This document shows, piece after piece, positions 8,591 to 11,262 of a stretch of DNA of 11,262 bases. Every line of letters starts with the position of its first letter. Position 1 is the stretch's first letter. Both the position numbers and the translations under genes were made by a program. The notes under the pieces were generated by a model. The model did not search any database. It saw only the letters and a list, made by a program, of their open reading frames with translations, and was not told where the DNA came from. The stretch comes from Octopus sinensis (taxonomy: Eukaryota), in NCBI RefSeq assembly GCF_006345805.1, contig NW_021827031.1, forward strand, positions 1 through 11,262. The letters are read 5' to 3'.

Positions 8591-10500
8591 TACAGGATTC
8601 GCTCACTTTCCGGAAGTAATACGTTCCTGAAAAGCTGGTCGTAACGCGAAATTCAGTAATGTGAAATTAATTTTCCTCTTGATTTTTGTATTGTGAAGCA
8701 AAATTGCGTTCCTCCGAAGATTTTCGAAGAGAAAAAAAACAAAACATAAGAAAACAACAGAGAATAGGATCACGTGTTTATACGTGAAGATAACTATTTC
8801 TAGCGATGAACGATAGAATACACAAAACTATTTCCAGAGGAATGTTATGGCAGTGATGAGAATCGTAATGCCGTAAGAGTACATTCTTTCTACAAAAAAT
8901 GTCGACTACTGTGTGAGTGGTAAATGATCGTTACTAGGAGAGATCCAAAGTTGTTGTTAATGACACACCATTTCACTGTACAACTCAGTAAACTCCACTT
9001 GTTATTGCTGTTGTATTCACGACTAAGATCATTGTTAACAAAAACCTGCAGAACTTCTTCTATAAGTTGAACCTCTTGAGCAATAATTTTTGTATTCAAT
9101 TTAAGTAGTGTAGTTGGAACTTCAGTTATCTCATCTGTATTCTCTGCTTGTTCTTTGTCTAAAAGCATTAGTTCCTCGTTAGATAAACTTTTTCTCTTGG
9201 ACAGTAGCAACCCAATCACATCATCTTCTATGACGTCTTCAAACCTTACATCTTTTGCAAGTGTCAAGATATCTTTTCAAATTTGATGTAGGCTTTCTGC
9301 TTGAAGAAAACTTGTAATGTGGATACAGTTTAGCTGTATATTTTTACAAGCACTATTCAAAATTGAAGGTTTCATTTCATTCCATGACTCAGTTATATTA
9401 TCCACAGCATCCATTATATTCAGTTTCTTCTTGAAATCTCTAACTGTAGGTTTTTTTCTCGCTGTCAACTGCTTTCATAAGAAGTTTGAAAGTTCTTGTA
9501 TAATATTCCTTGAAGTTAGCTACCACACCTAGATCCATTGACTGGAGTAAAGGTGGATTCTTGGGGATATATTCTACACTCACGTTATCAGAAATGTTAT
9601 CTAAGTTCGCTGAGAGGTTTGGTGCATTGTCTAAAAGAGGAAATGCTTTGTTGGAAATATATCTGGCATTGAACATTTCTATTGCAAGGTGAAAATGTTT
9701 GTAAACTACTTTTTCAAAAGGTTTTAAGTCACGCATGCCTTCTTATTTAAATGCCATATCAAACCATTGAAAGCCTTTGGTTGCTCGGAGTGTTACACGT
9801 GGAGGGGCTTTAATTTCCTGTTCACCAGAAGTATCAGAAGATATTTGAAAGATTTAAATCCTGATGTTCATTTTTCTTCTCGAAAAATAAAAGTTCTAGC
9901 AGACATGCACTTCCAGAAGAGTGCAGTCTCATCAATATTGAATACTTGCCTCTGTATGTAACCCATCCTACTCATTCAATCATTTTCTTCAACCTCTCGG
10001 GCTAATTAATAGCAGCCTCTGTATCACTGCTCACAGTTTCACCAGGCATTTTTATAATGTGCGAATTCATGCTCTTCTTAAATCCTTTAAACCAGCTAAA
10101 AATGGATTTTTATTAGAAGTTTCACCTTCCGTTTTCGCCAAGTCGTCGTATATACGTTTCGCATTTTTAAAAATTAATATAATATTTATCGGGACATTTC
10201 GCCGATTCTGATCTTTGACCCATACACTCAAAAGTTGCTCCATTTTAAGCGTTACAGTAGATCTATGGAAAAATAAAGTCCGGACAGTAGATTCTTGGGT
10301 ACTTGGCATTATGTTCTCTTTTTGTCACGTATTGTTCCCACTTTGGATGCAGCATGATTTTAATGTTTTGGCAATTTAACTTAGTTTTACAAAATCTTTT
10401 TAAAACGTCAAGTTTAATATCCAGTGTAATCTCTTAACGGTTCCTTTTCGCATTACCACCTTCATATGTACTTGATAGTTTCTTTCCAGACATCTTAAAT
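8591..10500 (-). mobile_element. Decayed Tigger/pogo DNA transposon; one end visible
   Basis: TA followed by CAGGATTCGCTCACTTT...GTAATACGTTCC...CGTAA at 8591 resembles a Tigger terminus, and a transposase pseudogene lies within. I found no matching TIR at the other end, so the right boundary is a minimum. Confidence 0.85.
8890..10493 (-). pseudogene. Tigger/pogo (CENP-B/TIGD-like) transposase pseudogene
   Basis: ATG at 10493: MSGKK...AKRNR*EITLDIKLDVLKRF (CENP-B N-terminal HTH), KMEQLLSVWVKDQNRRNVPI (Tc5 HTH), HIIKMPGETVSSD, QVFNIDETALFWK (D at 9931-9933), LLDNAP (D at 9629-9631), LLQSMDLGVV (D at 9533-9535), then an acidic C-terminus. Many stops and frameshifts. Confidence 0.93.
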
Positions 10501-10709
10501 TGAAGTCAGATTTAATAGCAGCGGCAATTAATTATCCACAACAAATATGTAGTAAAAATAATTGGTCCAGGAAAGTTTTACTTTGTGAGAGCAGAAAATT
10601 GTCTTATTCCTATGGATGTAGAAGGGAGAGTTCTATATGATTACAGTTAGCTGAAGGATCACTGGATTTTATAGGCAATTCGCACTTTACACTTCTGACT
10701 GAAGACATA

Positions 10710-10790
10710 AATACACAGACACACTCATACACACACACACACACACACACACAAAGTCATACATACACCGATGCACACGCGAACTCGCAC
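10710..10790. repeat. (CA)n microsatellite
   Basis: Directly visible. Confidence 0.9.
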
Positions 10791-11262
10791 GTCTTGGCGT
10801 ACATGCTGATATCTGTTGTAGCCAGTTGGATTCAGATGTTACGTGGATTAATAGTGGTGCTTATGTGGATTGCATTGGTTTAGATGCTAGTGAGGATGGG
10901 AAAGAATTTTTGGTGACGTGGTGGTCATATTGTTCTTGCTAATTGTATTGTTGTGGCTGTTTAGTCTCGATCAATCCTCTTAGACTTAAAATCAAAGACG
11001 TTCCTAAACTTTTAAAATACACTAAAATATCAATTATATGTTTTTATTTTAAATGGATTTGCTTACATCTTCAGGCTATATATTAGTGTCGCTCTTCATG
11101 GGTGAGTTGTTTTGATGATAGAAATACACACGCACACACATAAACACAACACCACACACACTGAACATTAGCTTCAAAACTCATCCAAGGCTAGGACCCG
11201 GGCCATACGTCCCCTACCCAGTTCAGGACACACCACGTAAATACACTACGACACAATTTGTT

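Noticed and set aside
8890-10493. Domesticated TIGD/CENP-B-like host gene
   Set aside because: Numerous stops and frameshifts plus a transposon-like terminus indicate a dead transposon.
10500-11262. Second Tigger TIR, or a further SINE fragment near 10950-11005
   Set aside because: I found no reverse complement of the 8593 terminus, and the SINE-like resemblance is too degenerate to support.

Overview
This is AT-rich, repeat-saturated eukaryotic non-coding DNA. It is most likely an octopus (cephalopod) intron or intergenic region, an inference from recognising the SINE families and the microsatellite density. I can support no intact host gene, and most ORFs in the track are translations of microsatellites. 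The window is a layered record of mobile elements: a decayed RTE-clade LINE RT split by two tandem mariner-derived MITEs, two 5'-truncated copies of a Tx1/L1-clade LINE, an RTE 3' end, five tRNA-derived SINEs, and a decayed Tigger/pogo transposase. It also holds a near-perfect 108-bp palindrome and a hairpin that looks like inverted Penelope-type hammerhead remnants. The most interesting signal is that both Tx1-like copies sit inside (TATC)n/(GATA)n arrays on both sides, with the same 3' junction and no poly(A), which suggests a GATA-microsatellite-targeting retrotransposon.
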